64,000 nt of DNA, from positions 3,008,001-3,072,000 of the forward strand of contig OZ245015.1 of the NCBI GenBank assembly GCA_965223705.1. The letters are read 5' to 3'. A model generated the notes under the pieces. The model worked only from the letters and a program-made list of their open reading frames with translations. It searched no databases and had not been told where the DNA came from. The position numbers and the translations under genes were made by a program. Below are positions 36,428 through 45,893 of this stretch, in pieces. This DNA is from Myxococcota bacterium. GTDB taxonomy: Bacteria; Myxococcota_A; UBA9160; UBA6930. Each line of letters begins with the position of its first letter. Within the stretch, counting starts at the first letter, position 1.

Positions 36428-37948
36428 CTACGCGCCCTCCGTCACGTCGTCTCCCGGAAAGAACATCGCTTGGTTTCGGCCACCGTTTTTCGCCTGATAT
36501 AAATACCGGTCGGCGACCCCGATCAAGCGCTCGATATCACTGGGTGACTGGATTCGCTTCGTCAACGCGCCGCCGAGGCTGATGGTGGCGTTGACTTTCT
36601 TGCCTCCCGGCAGCTCGAAGACCTCGTCCTCCATAACGGCGCGCAAGCGTTCTGCCAGAGCCCGGAGCCCCGTGCTATTGGCGTTCGGCATGATGATGGC
36701 GAACTCCTCGCCGCCGTAGCGCGCGGGGATGTCGTCGGGCCGCATGACACGTCGCATGCGCGCGGCTACTTGGCGCAAGACCTCATCTCCACCCGGATGT
36801 CCGTACGTATCGTTCAGCGCCTTGAAGTGATCGATGTCGATCATCAACAGACCGAGGGCACCCTCCAGGGGTTCGTTCATCCGCTCGGTGGCGTGTTTCT
36901 CCATGGCTTCGTCGAACGCCGCTCGGTTCGGTAGACCGGTCAGCGCGTCGGTCGTCGCTTTGTCTGTGAGGTCGCGTACCTTGGTGCGAGCCGCGTGCAT
37001 CTCGGTTGCGACCCCGAGGCTGACCTGTACCAGTTGCTCTTGAGCCTTGCGAAGAATCTCGACCGGAGACTCCCGATCGAAAGCCTGGCACTCGAGGACC
37101 ATCGCCGTTTCCCGCACCTGCTCTTCGAGGCCCGAGACCGCTTCGGTGCAGTCTTCGGGTGTCCATTCGAAGAACCTCTCCGCCGTGTTCACCAACCGAT
37201 CGAGGGCCGTGCCTTTGTCTTTCGAAACGAACAAGTCCGCGCACAACCACGCGCAATGGACAATCTGCGCCAACAGTTCCGCGTCTTCGGTGTCCGATGC
37301 CGTTGCGGCGGGATCTTGGTGACCGAGCACCGGCGCCCAGATCGCCTCGGGGATGGACCACGATTCGAGAAGCGCGGCGCCGACTTCGGGGCTCGTAAAA
37401 CCGAGCACGGGGCGCTCGTGTTCGGCCGTGGGCCAGACGTCGTTCGCCTGCGACACGACGTCCGCGTAGCGCTCGGGCATGGCTTCTTGGATGGCGAGTT
37501 GACCCAGCTGTGCCAGCAAGCCGACGAGAAAGCCCTGGTCGGCGACCACGGGCTTGACTCGATTCGCGAAGGCGCGGGACGCGACGGCGCACACGACGCA
37601 GCGCTCCCAGTACTCCGCGTAATTGAAGTTGCCTTGACCCTTCGTCGGTAAGGAAGCAACCAGGGAAAAGGAGAGAGACATCAACTTGACGGTCTTGAGA
37701 CCCAGGACCATCGTCGCGCGTTCGAGCGTCGTCACCTCGGAACCGACGCCGAAGAGACCGGAGTTCGAAACTTTTAGAATCTTGCCGGCGAGTGCCGGAT
37801 CCTGCGCGAGGGCCGTCGCGAGATCGTTGATCGAGCTGGTCTCATCCGCAGTGAGGCGAAGCACCTCTACAGCCACGCCCGGAATCGTCGGAAGATGCTC
37901 CGACTTCGCGAGTTCTTCCGGCAACGACAGGGTCGGGGTTTCGGTCAT
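36428..37948 (-). CDS. HDOD-GGDEF diguanylate cyclase
   Basis: HDOD (DPALAGKILKVSNS); DALTGLPNR, DIDHFK..ND..GH, RPDD I-site, GGEEF; ATG 37948 with GGAG RBS. Confidence 0.94.
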   Translation of the reverse strand: MTETPTLSLPEELAKSEHLPTIPGVAVEVLRLTADETSSINDLATALAQDPALAGKILKVSNSGLFGVGSEVTTLERATMVLGLKTVKLMSLSFSLVASLPTKGQGNFNYAEYWERCVVCAVASRAFANRVKPVVADQGFLVGLLAQLGQLAIQEAMPERYADVVSQANDVWPTAEHERPVLGFTSPEVGAALLESWSIPEAIWAPVLGHQDPAATASDTEDAELLAQIVHCAWLCADLFVSKDKGTALDRLVNTAERFFEWTPEDCTEAVSGLEEQVRETAMVLECQAFDRESPVEILRKAQEQLVQVSLGVATEMHAARTKVRDLTDKATTDALTGLPNRAAFDEAMEKHATERMNEPLEGALGLLMIDIDHFKALNDTYGHPGGDEVLRQVAARMRRVMRPDDIPARYGGEEFAIIMPNANSTGLRALAERLRAVMEDEVFELPGGKKVNATISLGGALTKRIQSPSDIERLIGVADRYLYQAKNGGRNQAMFFPGDDVTEGA

Positions 37949-37981
37949 CAATCTCTCCGGCAACGGTTACACCGCCATTCC

Positions 37982-38009
37982 AAATCGTCCGCTCGCACTG
38001 GACACTTGA
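37982..38009 (-). promoter_or_regulatory. Weak sigma28-like promoter
   Basis: Minus strand TCAAG-N15-GACGATTT, same spacing as the site at 32636. Confidence 0.35.
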
Positions 38010-38041
38010 GGAATCCGAGGCGCGCAAAGCCGGGTGCTAAA

Positions 38042-39214
38042 TCACACGGATCGACCACTTCTCGCGATCAGAATCCCGGAGATGGCGGAAGCGATCGCCA
38101 GGCCGGTATACGCCGACGGCATGCTGCCGGTGTGCTTCGCCACCGAGGAAAACAGGGCCGGACCGACCACGAGGCCCGAGTAGACGAAGCAGATCGTGGT
38201 CCCCACTGCTGTAGCGAGTTGTTCCCGCGGAACGACGCGGACAACCTCGGCGATGAACACACCATTCCATCCTGCAATGGTGACCCCGGACAGGGCGGCG
38301 ATTCCCGCGACGGGGAGAAAGGACCATCCCGGCTGCATCGCCGCGAGCCCGAGCATGGCGAGCGCGCCAAAGACCGCGATTCCGAGCAGGAGATGGCGAC
38401 CGGCGATCCACCGTTCGGAGAGGTAGCCCCACACGAGGCGCGACAGCACGCCCCCGGCTTGGGTGATCGATAGCGCGATGCCGGCGAGGCGATAGTCCAT
38501 CCCGATCCGATCGACGAGATCGATCACGAGGAACGTAAAGGTGCACATCTGCACGCCGGCGAACAGAAACGATGCGATGGTCAGCTTGCGCAGTGCCGGG
38601 TCGTCCCGGAGGAGAGACCATGCGAAGGGCATGCCCTCTCCGGGATCGCCGAGCGCATGGGAGTCCGTCGTCTTGCGGAGCGGTTCTACGGCGGCGGCGC
38701 AGATCAGCGCGAAGACCGATACCGCCACGAGCCCGGCGAACCAGCCGTACCAGACCGCGAACGTCGGAAGCAACGCCCCGCCCAACATGACACCGAAGGG
38801 TGCGCCAGACTGCTTTACCGCCAGGACGAACGGCCGGTCGCGATCCTCGGTGACTGTCGTGAGGATCTGCGTGGACGCCGGAGTGAAGGGACCGTAGCCG
38901 AGACCGACGGCGACCCCACCGATGAGCGCCAGCGACCAGGAGTGGGCTCCCGGCGCGAGCAGTGCCGTGGCGGCCACCAGCATGCCGAACTGGCTGGTCC
39001 GGATGGGGCCAAAGCGACGGATGGGGGCCGGAGAAAAGAGTGAGCCGATCGCCGCGCCGAGAAAGACCAACGACGAGTAGAAGCCGATCTGCGCCCCGTC
39101 GATCCCGAGATCGGGACCGAGCTTGGGTGCGAGGATCGCGACCGCGAAGAGCATGACGCTCCCCGCGATCTGCAGTACGACCATCGCAGTCAGCGGACCG
39201 ACGTAGGCTTTCAC
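38042..39214 (-). CDS. MFS transporter
   Basis: About 12 TM segments; IRRFGP and WGYLSER motif-A-like loops. Confidence 0.9.
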   Translation of the reverse strand: MKAYVGPLTAMVVLQIAGSVMLFAVAILAPKLGPDLGIDGAQIGFYSSLVFLGAAIGSLFSPAPIRRFGPIRTSQFGMLVAATALLAPGAHSWSLALIGGVAVGLGYGPFTPASTQILTTVTEDRDRPFVLAVKQSGAPFGVMLGGALLPTFAVWYGWFAGLVAVSVFALICAAAVEPLRKTTDSHALGDPGEGMPFAWSLLRDDPALRKLTIASFLFAGVQMCTFTFLVIDLVDRIGMDYRLAGIALSITQAGGVLSRLVWGYLSERWIAGRHLLLGIAVFGALAMLGLAAMQPGWSFLPVAGIAALSGVTIAGWNGVFIAEVVRVVPREQLATAVGTTICFVYSGLVVGPALFSSVAKHTGSMPSAYTGLAIASAISGILIARSGRSV

Positions 39215-39244
39215 GAACTCATAGGGACCGGAACGAGCGGGTGC

Positions 39245-39490
39245 TCATCCGCCGCCGATCTGCGGCAGGAAATGGATCTCGCTGTCCGACTCGAGTTCTT
39301 CGAGCATCGGGTCGGGAACGATCTCGCCGTCGATGGACACAGCGAGCCCGCTCTCCGTGAGTTCGCGTAGGGCGGGAAACCGTTCGCGAAGCTCGCGGAA
39401 GAGCTCGCGAACGTTGCGCGCCTCAATCTCGAGGCGTTCTTCGCCGCCCGCCGCTTCGCGCAACGTCGCGGGCAACACCACCGAGGCCAC
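39245..39490 (-). CDS. MoaD/ThiS-family ubiquitin-like protein
   Basis: 81 aa beta-grasp pattern ending PQIGGG. Confidence 0.9.
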   Translation of the reverse strand: MASVVLPATLREAAGGEERLEIEARNVRELFRELRERFPALRELTESGLAVSIDGEIVPDPMLEELESDSEIHFLPQIGGG

Positions 39491-39519
39491 GCCGACTCAG
39501 GTTCCCGAGCGCTGCACGG

Positions 39520-41772
39520 CTAGTCGTCGAGTGCTTCGAGGACTCGCGGCGGCGAGATGGGCAGGCTTCGGAAACGCACCCCGGTCGCGTTGTGCACCGC
39601 ATTCGCCACGGCGGGGAGCGGCGGCACGATGGGCACCTCGCCGACTCCTCGAACGCCGTACGGATGGGTCGGGTTCGGAACCTCGATGATCACGGTATCG
39701 ATCATCGGCAGATCCGAAGCGACGGGCATCCGGTAGTCGAGGAAGCCCGGGTTCTCGAGCTGTCCATCGGCGTCGTAGACGTAGGCTTCGTTCAACGCCC
39801 AGCCAATGCCTTGAACGGCGCCGCCCTGCATTTGCCCTTCGACGTAACTCGGGTGAATGGCGCGCCCGACGTCTTGGATCGCGGTGTAGCGGACAACGTC
39901 GACGCGACCGGTTTCCTTGTCGACTTCTACATCGCAGATATGGGTGGCAAAGCCCGGCCCCGGGCCCCGGGCGTTCAACGACGCCCGCCCCTGGATCGGA
40001 CCGCCGGTCTTGGCGGCGGAGGCTGCGAGCTCGGTGATGGTCAAAGGATCGCGACCGGATGAGCCGTTCACGGCGATCGCCGCGCCCTCGCGCCACTCGA
40101 CGTCTTGGACATCGATTTCCCAGATCTTCGCGGCCCGTTCGCACAGCTGGCGCACGACGTCCCGCGACGCTTCCACCACGGCCATTCCCGTCGCGAACGT
40201 CACGCGGCTACCGCCCGTCAGATCGCTGTAGCCGACGGACTCCGTGTCACCGACGACCGGGCGAATCTGGTCGACCGGGATTCCGAGCTCTTCGGCCGCC
40301 ATGAGCGCCATCGAGGCTCGTGACCCGCCGATGTCCGGATTGCCGCTGACGACGATGGCATTGCCGTCTTCGTTCAGCATGACGCTCGCACTCGACTGCA
40401 TGCCGGCGTTGAACCAGAAGCCCGACGCGACGCCGCGTCCCTGGTTGGGGCCGAGCGGTGCTTTGTAATGCGGATGATTCTTCGCAGCCTCGAGCGTATC
40501 GGTGAACCCGTGAACCTTGAACTTCGGGCCGTACGCCGCCTGATCGCCTTCTGTCGCGGCGTTCTTCAAGCGGAAGTCGATGGGATCCATGCCGAGATCG
40601 CTCGCGATCTCGTCGATCACGGTCTCGGAAGCGAACGCGGCCATCGGTGCGCCGGGAGCGCGGTAGGCCGCGACTTTCGGTTTGTTGACAACCACGTCGA
40701 AGCCTTCGATGCGCACGTGCTCGAGCTTGTACGGCGCGAAGATCGTCATCATGCCGGGCGCGACGGGCGACCCTTTGAATGCGCCGGCCTCGTAGGTCAG
40801 GGTGGCGTCGGCGGCTGTGATCGTTCCGTCCTTTTTGACGCCGATCTTCACGCGGATGTGACTGCCCGACGTCGGCCCCGTCGCGCGGAACACCTCGTCG
40901 CGAGACATCACGATCTTGACGGGTCGCCCGGTCTTCTTCGCGAGCAGGATCGCCACGGGCTCGGCGTACACCACCGTCTTCCCGCCAAAACCGCCGCCGA
41001 TCTCGGCCGGAACGACTTTGATCTGCGTCGGGTCCATGTCGAGCACCTTCGCGCTGTAGGCGCGGACCATGAAGTGGCCCTGGGTGCTGCAATACACCTC
41101 GGCGCGACCGTCGGCGATGCTGCGCGCGATCACCGCGTGGGGCTCGATGTAGCCCTGGTGCACGGTCTCGGTCGTGAACTCGCGCTCGACGATGTGATCG
41201 GCGTTCGCGAACCCTTCGTCGACGTCTCCGAAACCCATGAAGGAATGGTTCGCGATGTTCGTCGGCCCTTCGGGTAGCGGGTCGTCGCCCTTCGCGCGCA
41301 TGTCTTCGTGCAAGATCGGCGCGTCATCGGCGAGAGCGCGCTCCAAATTCAAGACGGGCTCGAGGACTTCGTATTCCACTTCGATCGCTTGGAGCGCGAG
41401 CTCCGCGATGCGCGGTGTCTTGGCCGCCACCGCGGCCAGCGCGTGACCGTTGTAGAGAACCTTGTCCCGCGCCATCACGTTGCGCGCCATGTCCCGAAAA
41501 TCCTGGGGACCTTCGCCCGCGCCCGCGCCCGTCGGCGGATCGGGGAAATCCTTCCCCGTCACGACGACGGCGACGCCATCGATGGCCTCGGCTGCAGACG
41601 TGTCGATGCGGACGATTCGAGCGTGCGCGTGGGGGCTTCGCAGAATCTTTCCACACAGCGTGCCCGGCCAGTTCAAGTCCGCTCCGAAGTTGGCTTTCCC
41701 CGTGACCTTGTCGACGCCATCGTGGCGGATGGGACGCGTGCCGATCCACTTGAGCTTCTTCTCTTCGCTCAT
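39520..41772 (-). CDS. Xanthine dehydrogenase-family molybdopterin subunit
   Basis: KVTG, RSPHAHARI, GGGFGGK, AYRAPG, EGQMQGG, GVGE. Confidence 0.93.
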   Translation of the reverse strand: MSEEKKLKWIGTRPIRHDGVDKVTGKANFGADLNWPGTLCGKILRSPHAHARIVRIDTSAAEAIDGVAVVVTGKDFPDPPTGAGAGEGPQDFRDMARNVMARDKVLYNGHALAAVAAKTPRIAELALQAIEVEYEVLEPVLNLERALADDAPILHEDMRAKGDDPLPEGPTNIANHSFMGFGDVDEGFANADHIVEREFTTETVHQGYIEPHAVIARSIADGRAEVYCSTQGHFMVRAYSAKVLDMDPTQIKVVPAEIGGGFGGKTVVYAEPVAILLAKKTGRPVKIVMSRDEVFRATGPTSGSHIRVKIGVKKDGTITAADATLTYEAGAFKGSPVAPGMMTIFAPYKLEHVRIEGFDVVVNKPKVAAYRAPGAPMAAFASETVIDEIASDLGMDPIDFRLKNAATEGDQAAYGPKFKVHGFTDTLEAAKNHPHYKAPLGPNQGRGVASGFWFNAGMQSSASVMLNEDGNAIVVSGNPDIGGSRASMALMAAEELGIPVDQIRPVVGDTESVGYSDLTGGSRVTFATGMAVVEASRDVVRQLCERAAKIWEIDVQDVEWREGAAIAVNGSSGRDPLTITELAASAAKTGGPIQGRASLNARGPGPGFATHICDVEVDKETGRVDVVRYTAIQDVGRAIHPSYVEGQMQGGAVQGIGWALNEAYVYDADGQLENPGFLDYRMPVASDLPMIDTVIIEVPNPTHPYGVRGVGEVPIVPPLPAVANAVHNATGVRFRSLPISPPRVLEALDD

Positions 41773-42251
41773 CAGGCTTCTCCTCGAATCTCAGCAGCCG
41801 CGTCGAGCACGGCGCGAATGATCTTGTCGTAGCCGGTACACCGACAGAGGTTTCCGGCCAGGTAGTAGCGAGCCTCTTCTTCCGTGGGGTCCGGGTTCTT
41901 CTCGAGCAGAGCCTTCGTCGCCACGATGAACCCCGGCGTACAGACGCCACATTGCAGCGCGGCGTGCTCGAGAAACTTCTGCTGGATGGGATGCAGCGTC
42001 TCGCCGTCGGCCACACCTTCGATGGTTTCGACCCGGCGATCCTGACATTCGGGCGCGAGGACCAGGCAAGCGCAGACCAGTCGACCGTCGAGCATCACCG
42101 AGCAGGCCCCACAGTCTCCGGTGCCACAACCCTCTTTCGTCCCGGTCAGACCGAGGTCGTCGCGCAGCACCTCGAGCAGGGTTTGGCCGGCTTCGCACAG
42201 AAACTCCGTCGGCTCGTCGTTGATGTGTGTCGTCACGTGCATTTTGCTCAC
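41772..42251 (-). CDS. 2x[2Fe-2S] subunit
   Basis: GCGTGDCGAC, QCGVCTPG, NLCRCTGY; GTG coupled to the upstream stop. Confidence 0.95.
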   Translation of the reverse strand: MSKMHVTTHINDEPTEFLCEAGQTLLEVLRDDLGLTGTKEGCGTGDCGACSVMLDGRLVCACLVLAPECQDRRVETIEGVADGETLHPIQQKFLEHAALQCGVCTPGFIVATKALLEKNPDPTEEEARYYLAGNLCRCTGYDKIIRAVLDAAAEIRGEA

Positions 42252-43123
42252 GATTGTCGCTCCCGCGCGCGATCGGCGGCGATTCGCGCCGAACGTTGCG
42301 TCAACACGGACGCAACGCGGCGCCGGTACGCCACTGTCCCGCGCTTGTCGTCGATCGGATTCGCAGCGGCGCCCGCCGCGGCGCCGGCCTGGGCGATGGC
42401 CGCGTCGTCGAGCGCTGTCCCGACCAGCGCGGCCGCCGCGTCGGGCACCAGGAGCGCGGTCGGCGCTACAGCGCCGATCGCCACGCGCGCCGCTTCGCAC
42501 GTTCCGTCGGCCGCAAGTTTCACGCTCACCGCGGCGCCGACTACGGCGATGTCCATTTCGGTGCGCGGGATCAGCCGCAAGTACGCGTCTGCAGCGCCCG
42601 GACCTTGGGGCGGAAAGTCGAGCCGAACCAGAAATTCGCCGTCGCCGAGCGCGTTGCGGCCGGGACCGGTCGTAAAGTCCTCGGCTGCGATCTCTCGCTG
42701 TCCGTTCGGTCCGGCGACGACACACTTCGCTCCGAGCGAAATCAAGCTCGGCACCGTATCCGCTGCGGGAGATGCGTTGCACAAGTTCCCGCCGACGGTG
42801 GCCCGACCTTGAATCTGGGATGACCCGATCAGGTCGACCGCTTCGGAAAATCCCGGATACATCGACCGGACCGCTTGGTTCTCGTAGATCTGTGCCGCCG
42901 GCACGGACGCGCCGAGGCGCATCCCCCCCGCGTCGATCTCGAGAGCCATCAGTTCCGGAATCCGTTTGATGTCAACGTACAGACCGGGGTTTCGGAGCCC
43001 CGTCCGAGCCTGGACCAGGAGGTCCGTGCCTCCTGCTAAAACCGCCGCACCGGCGCCGTCGGCGGCCAGCGCCGCTACCGCCTCGTCGACAGACGTGGGC
43101 GACGCAAATCGCGCATCGAGCAT
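42248..43123 (-). CDS. FAD-binding subunit of the Mo-hydroxylase
   Basis: AGGTDL, ATVGGNLCNASPAAD. Confidence 0.93.
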   Translation of the reverse strand: MLDARFASPTSVDEAVAALAADGAGAAVLAGGTDLLVQARTGLRNPGLYVDIKRIPELMALEIDAGGMRLGASVPAAQIYENQAVRSMYPGFSEAVDLIGSSQIQGRATVGGNLCNASPAADTVPSLISLGAKCVVAGPNGQREIAAEDFTTGPGRNALGDGEFLVRLDFPPQGPGAADAYLRLIPRTEMDIAVVGAAVSVKLAADGTCEAARVAIGAVAPTALLVPDAAAALVGTALDDAAIAQAGAAAGAAANPIDDKRGTVAYRRRVASVLTQRSARIAADRARERQS

Positions 43124-43215
43124 GCTTCGCTTCTCTCCTTGATCGCGGCGCCGTGCGCGCCGCGGCGTCATTGTACCGCAAGCTCCCGGAGGGGAAGACG
43201 GGTACCTTCCCGGCC

Positions 43216-43638
43216 ATGGAGAGTCCGCAGGAACTTCGCGAACTCCTTGGCGCCATCCGGCGCGTGGCCGTGGTCGGTGTGTCGGGCGAACCCACCCGGC
43301 CGAGCCATGAGGTTGCCGCCTTCCTCATCACGCACAGTCACTTCGAAGTCGACCTCGTGAATCCCCATGAGCGTGAGGTGTTCGGCCGCCCCTGCTATCC
43401 GAGTCTCCAAGCGCTACCCGAGAGGCCAGACCTGGTCGACGTATTTCGCCGTCCCCCGGCACTCCCGGAAGTCGCTCGGGACGCGGTTCGGGTCGGTGCG
43501 AAGGCGCTCTGGCTCCAGGAGGGTCTGATCAGTGCCGAGGCGAAGCGCATCGCCGAAGACGCGGGCCTGGCCGTGGTCATGGATCGCTGCCTGAAGGTGG
43601 ACTACCGGAACCTGGCACCCATGCCAGAGGGCGGTTAG
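43216..43638 (+). CDS. CoA-binding protein (YccU-like)
   Basis: VAVVGVS..P.RPS, VNP, DLVDVFR, WLQEG, VMDRC. Confidence 0.9.
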   Translation: MESPQELRELLGAIRRVAVVGVSGEPTRPSHEVAAFLITHSHFEVDLVNPHEREVFGRPCYPSLQALPERPDLVDVFRRPPALPEVARDAVRVGAKALWLQEGLISAEAKRIAEDAGLAVVMDRCLKVDYRNLAPMPEGG

Positions 43639-43644
43639 GGGCCT

Positions 43645-45444
43645 GTGGCGGAACCCGAATTCGAGAGCAGCGATTCCCGGCGGCACGCACGCCCGCTGGC
43701 GCAACTGCAGAAGGCAACCCTCCCGGGACCGCTCGCCTTGACCCTGGGCGGGAGCCTTCCGGAAGTTCAGGTCGCGTACGAGACCTACGGAAGTCTGAAC
43801 GGCGACGCGAGTAACGCCGTCTTGGTGTGCCACGCGATTTCTGGAGATTCCCACGTCGCGCGGCATTCGGAGGAGGACGATCCGGGCTGGTGGGACGCAC
43901 TGGTCGGCCCCGGAAAAGCGGTCGATACCGATCGCTTCTTCGTGATCTGTTCGAACGTCCTCGGCGGGTGCCGCGGCACCACCGGACCCAACAGCACGAA
44001 CCCCGCAACCGGCAAACCCTACGGACTCGAGTTCCCGACGATCACGGTCGAGGACATGGTGAATGTTCAAGTGGCGCTCGTCGAGCAACTCGGCATCGGA
44101 CGACTGCTTGCGGTTGTCGGCGGATCCCTCGGAGGCCATCAAGCGCTGGCTTGGGCGGCCCATCACGCGGGCCGGGTCGGTGCGGTAGTCGCGCTCGCGA
44201 CATCCCCTCGACTGACCAGCCAGGGCGTCGCTTTCGATGTCGTCGCTCGGAACGCTATTCAACGCGACGCGCACTTTTCCGACGGGCAGTACTACGATCG
44301 CGACCGGAGGCCCGACGTCGGCCTGGCGATCGCGCGGATGCTCGGGCACATCACGTATCTGTCGCCGGAGGGGATGTCCGAGCGCTTCGAACAACACCGC
44401 TTCGAGGTGCGAACGGAAGAACGGAGCGAGTTCGAGCGAAAATTCGCCGTGGGCTCGTATCTGGCGCATCAGGGCGAGCGATTCGTCGAGCGCTTCGACG
44501 CCAACAGCTACATCACGCTCTCCATGGCGATGGATCTCTTCGATCTCGGGGGCGATTCGGCCCGGCTCGCCGCAAACCTCGAGGGCGCCGACTGCCGCTT
44601 CCTCATCGTGAGCTACAGCAGCGACTGGCTGTTTCCGCCGTCGCAATCCGAAGAAATCGTGCGCGCGCTGGTGACGATCCGCGAGTCCGTGACCTACTGC
44701 AACGTCGTCACGCCCTGCGGCCATGACGCGTTCCTTCTCGAGGACGATCTCCCGATCTACGGCGAACTCGTGCGGGGTTTCTTGTCCGGCGGTGTTCGGG
44801 AGGGTCCGGACGTCGAAACCGCCGGCGAGGCGCTGTCGCCGACCCATCTATTTCGGGAGCGACGCGACTACGACCACCTGGTCGAGTTGATCGCTCCGGG
44901 TGCTTCCGTCCTCGATCTCGGGTGCGGCTCGGGTAGCCTGCTTCGGCGTCTCCGCGAGCGCGGCCACCGCGAAGTGATGGGCGTCGATTTCTCCGAGCAG
45001 GCGATCTTGACGTGCACCGACCGGGGAATTCCCGCGATTCAGGCCGACCTCGACAACGGCCTCGACTTCTTTCCGGATCGGCACTTCGACACGGTGGTGC
45101 TCTCACAGACCCTGCAAGCGGTGCGGGACGTGGAGCGTGTGATCGCGGAACTGCTGCGGGTCGGCCGGCGCGCGCTCGTGACCTTCCCGAACGCGGCCTT
45201 CCACGAACATCGCCAAACCCTTCTCGACGAAGGGCGGGTTCCCGACATGGTCGTGCCCGAGCGTCACCGCTGGCACGATTCTCCGCCCCTACGGCTCTTC
45301 TCGATCCTCGATTTCGAGGCGTTCTGCGAGGCGCGCCAGATCGAGGTGCACGACGTCGTCGCGCTCAATCAGCGAAGGAACGAGCGCGTCACCGACGACC
45401 CGAACCGGAACGCCGACTTGGCGATCTTCGTGCTGAGCCGCTAG
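43645..45444 (+). CDS. metX: Homoserine O-acyltransferase MetX fused to a MetW-like methyltransferase domain
   Basis: CHAISGD, GGSLGG, SDWLFPP, GHDAFL, then VLDLGCG..VVLSQTLQ..FPN. Confidence 0.92.
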   Translation: MAEPEFESSDSRRHARPLAQLQKATLPGPLALTLGGSLPEVQVAYETYGSLNGDASNAVLVCHAISGDSHVARHSEEDDPGWWDALVGPGKAVDTDRFFVICSNVLGGCRGTTGPNSTNPATGKPYGLEFPTITVEDMVNVQVALVEQLGIGRLLAVVGGSLGGHQALAWAAHHAGRVGAVVALATSPRLTSQGVAFDVVARNAIQRDAHFSDGQYYDRDRRPDVGLAIARMLGHITYLSPEGMSERFEQHRFEVRTEERSEFERKFAVGSYLAHQGERFVERFDANSYITLSMAMDLFDLGGDSARLAANLEGADCRFLIVSYSSDWLFPPSQSEEIVRALVTIRESVTYCNVVTPCGHDAFLLEDDLPIYGELVRGFLSGGVREGPDVETAGEALSPTHLFRERRDYDHLVELIAPGASVLDLGCGSGSLLRRLRERGHREVMGVDFSEQAILTCTDRGIPAIQADLDNGLDFFPDRHFDTVVLSQTLQAVRDVERVIAELLRVGRRALVTFPNAAFHEHRQTLLDEGRVPDMVVPERHRWHDSPPLRLFSILDFEAFCEARQIEVHDVVALNQRRNERVTDDPNRNADLAIFVLSR

Positions 45445-45452
45445 GGCGCACC

Positions 45453-45884
45453 CTAGAGACCGAGCGCACCCTTGATCCCCTCGACGCCGCCGCTGTAGAT
45501 CGCGTTCACGACCCCGCTGGCCTCTTCGTCGCTCACGCCCTTCGGCTCGAACGCCCCGGCCCACTCGAGCTCGGTTGCGTCGGGGCCGAGAGGCCGAAGG
45601 GAGAATCGCGAGGAGTAGCCTTGAAACGGGAGCGGCGACTCATCGTCGTTCACGATCGTGTACGCGAAGCGGTAGCCGGCGGCGTCGTACGCGTCGAGGC
45701 GTTCGAGCACGACCCCACCGCCGTCCGCCATCTCGAGGCGACGGACGCACCCGACGCCGGTCCCGTCGACCGTGCAAGACTTCACGGCGTCCCCGACGAA
45801 ACTGAGGTCGCCGAAGTCTTCGACGACTTTCCACACCTTCTGCACCGGCGCGTCGATGCGCTCGATCACTTTCACACTCGCCAT
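45453..45884 (-). CDS. SRPBCC-family protein
   Basis: IDAP..KVW, GVGCVR, ERL. Confidence 0.85.
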   Translation of the reverse strand: MASVKVIERIDAPVQKVWKVVEDFGDLSFVGDAVKSCTVDGTGVGCVRRLEMADGGGVVLERLDAYDAAGYRFAYTIVNDDESPLPFQGYSSRFSLRPLGPDATELEWAGAFEPKGVSDEEASGVVNAIYSGGVEGIKGALGL

Positions 45885-45893
45885 GTTCGTCTC

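Noticed and set aside
39520..43123. Aerobic CO dehydrogenase (coxMSL order)
   Set aside because: The loop is AYRAPG, not form I AYxCSFR or form II AYxGAGR.
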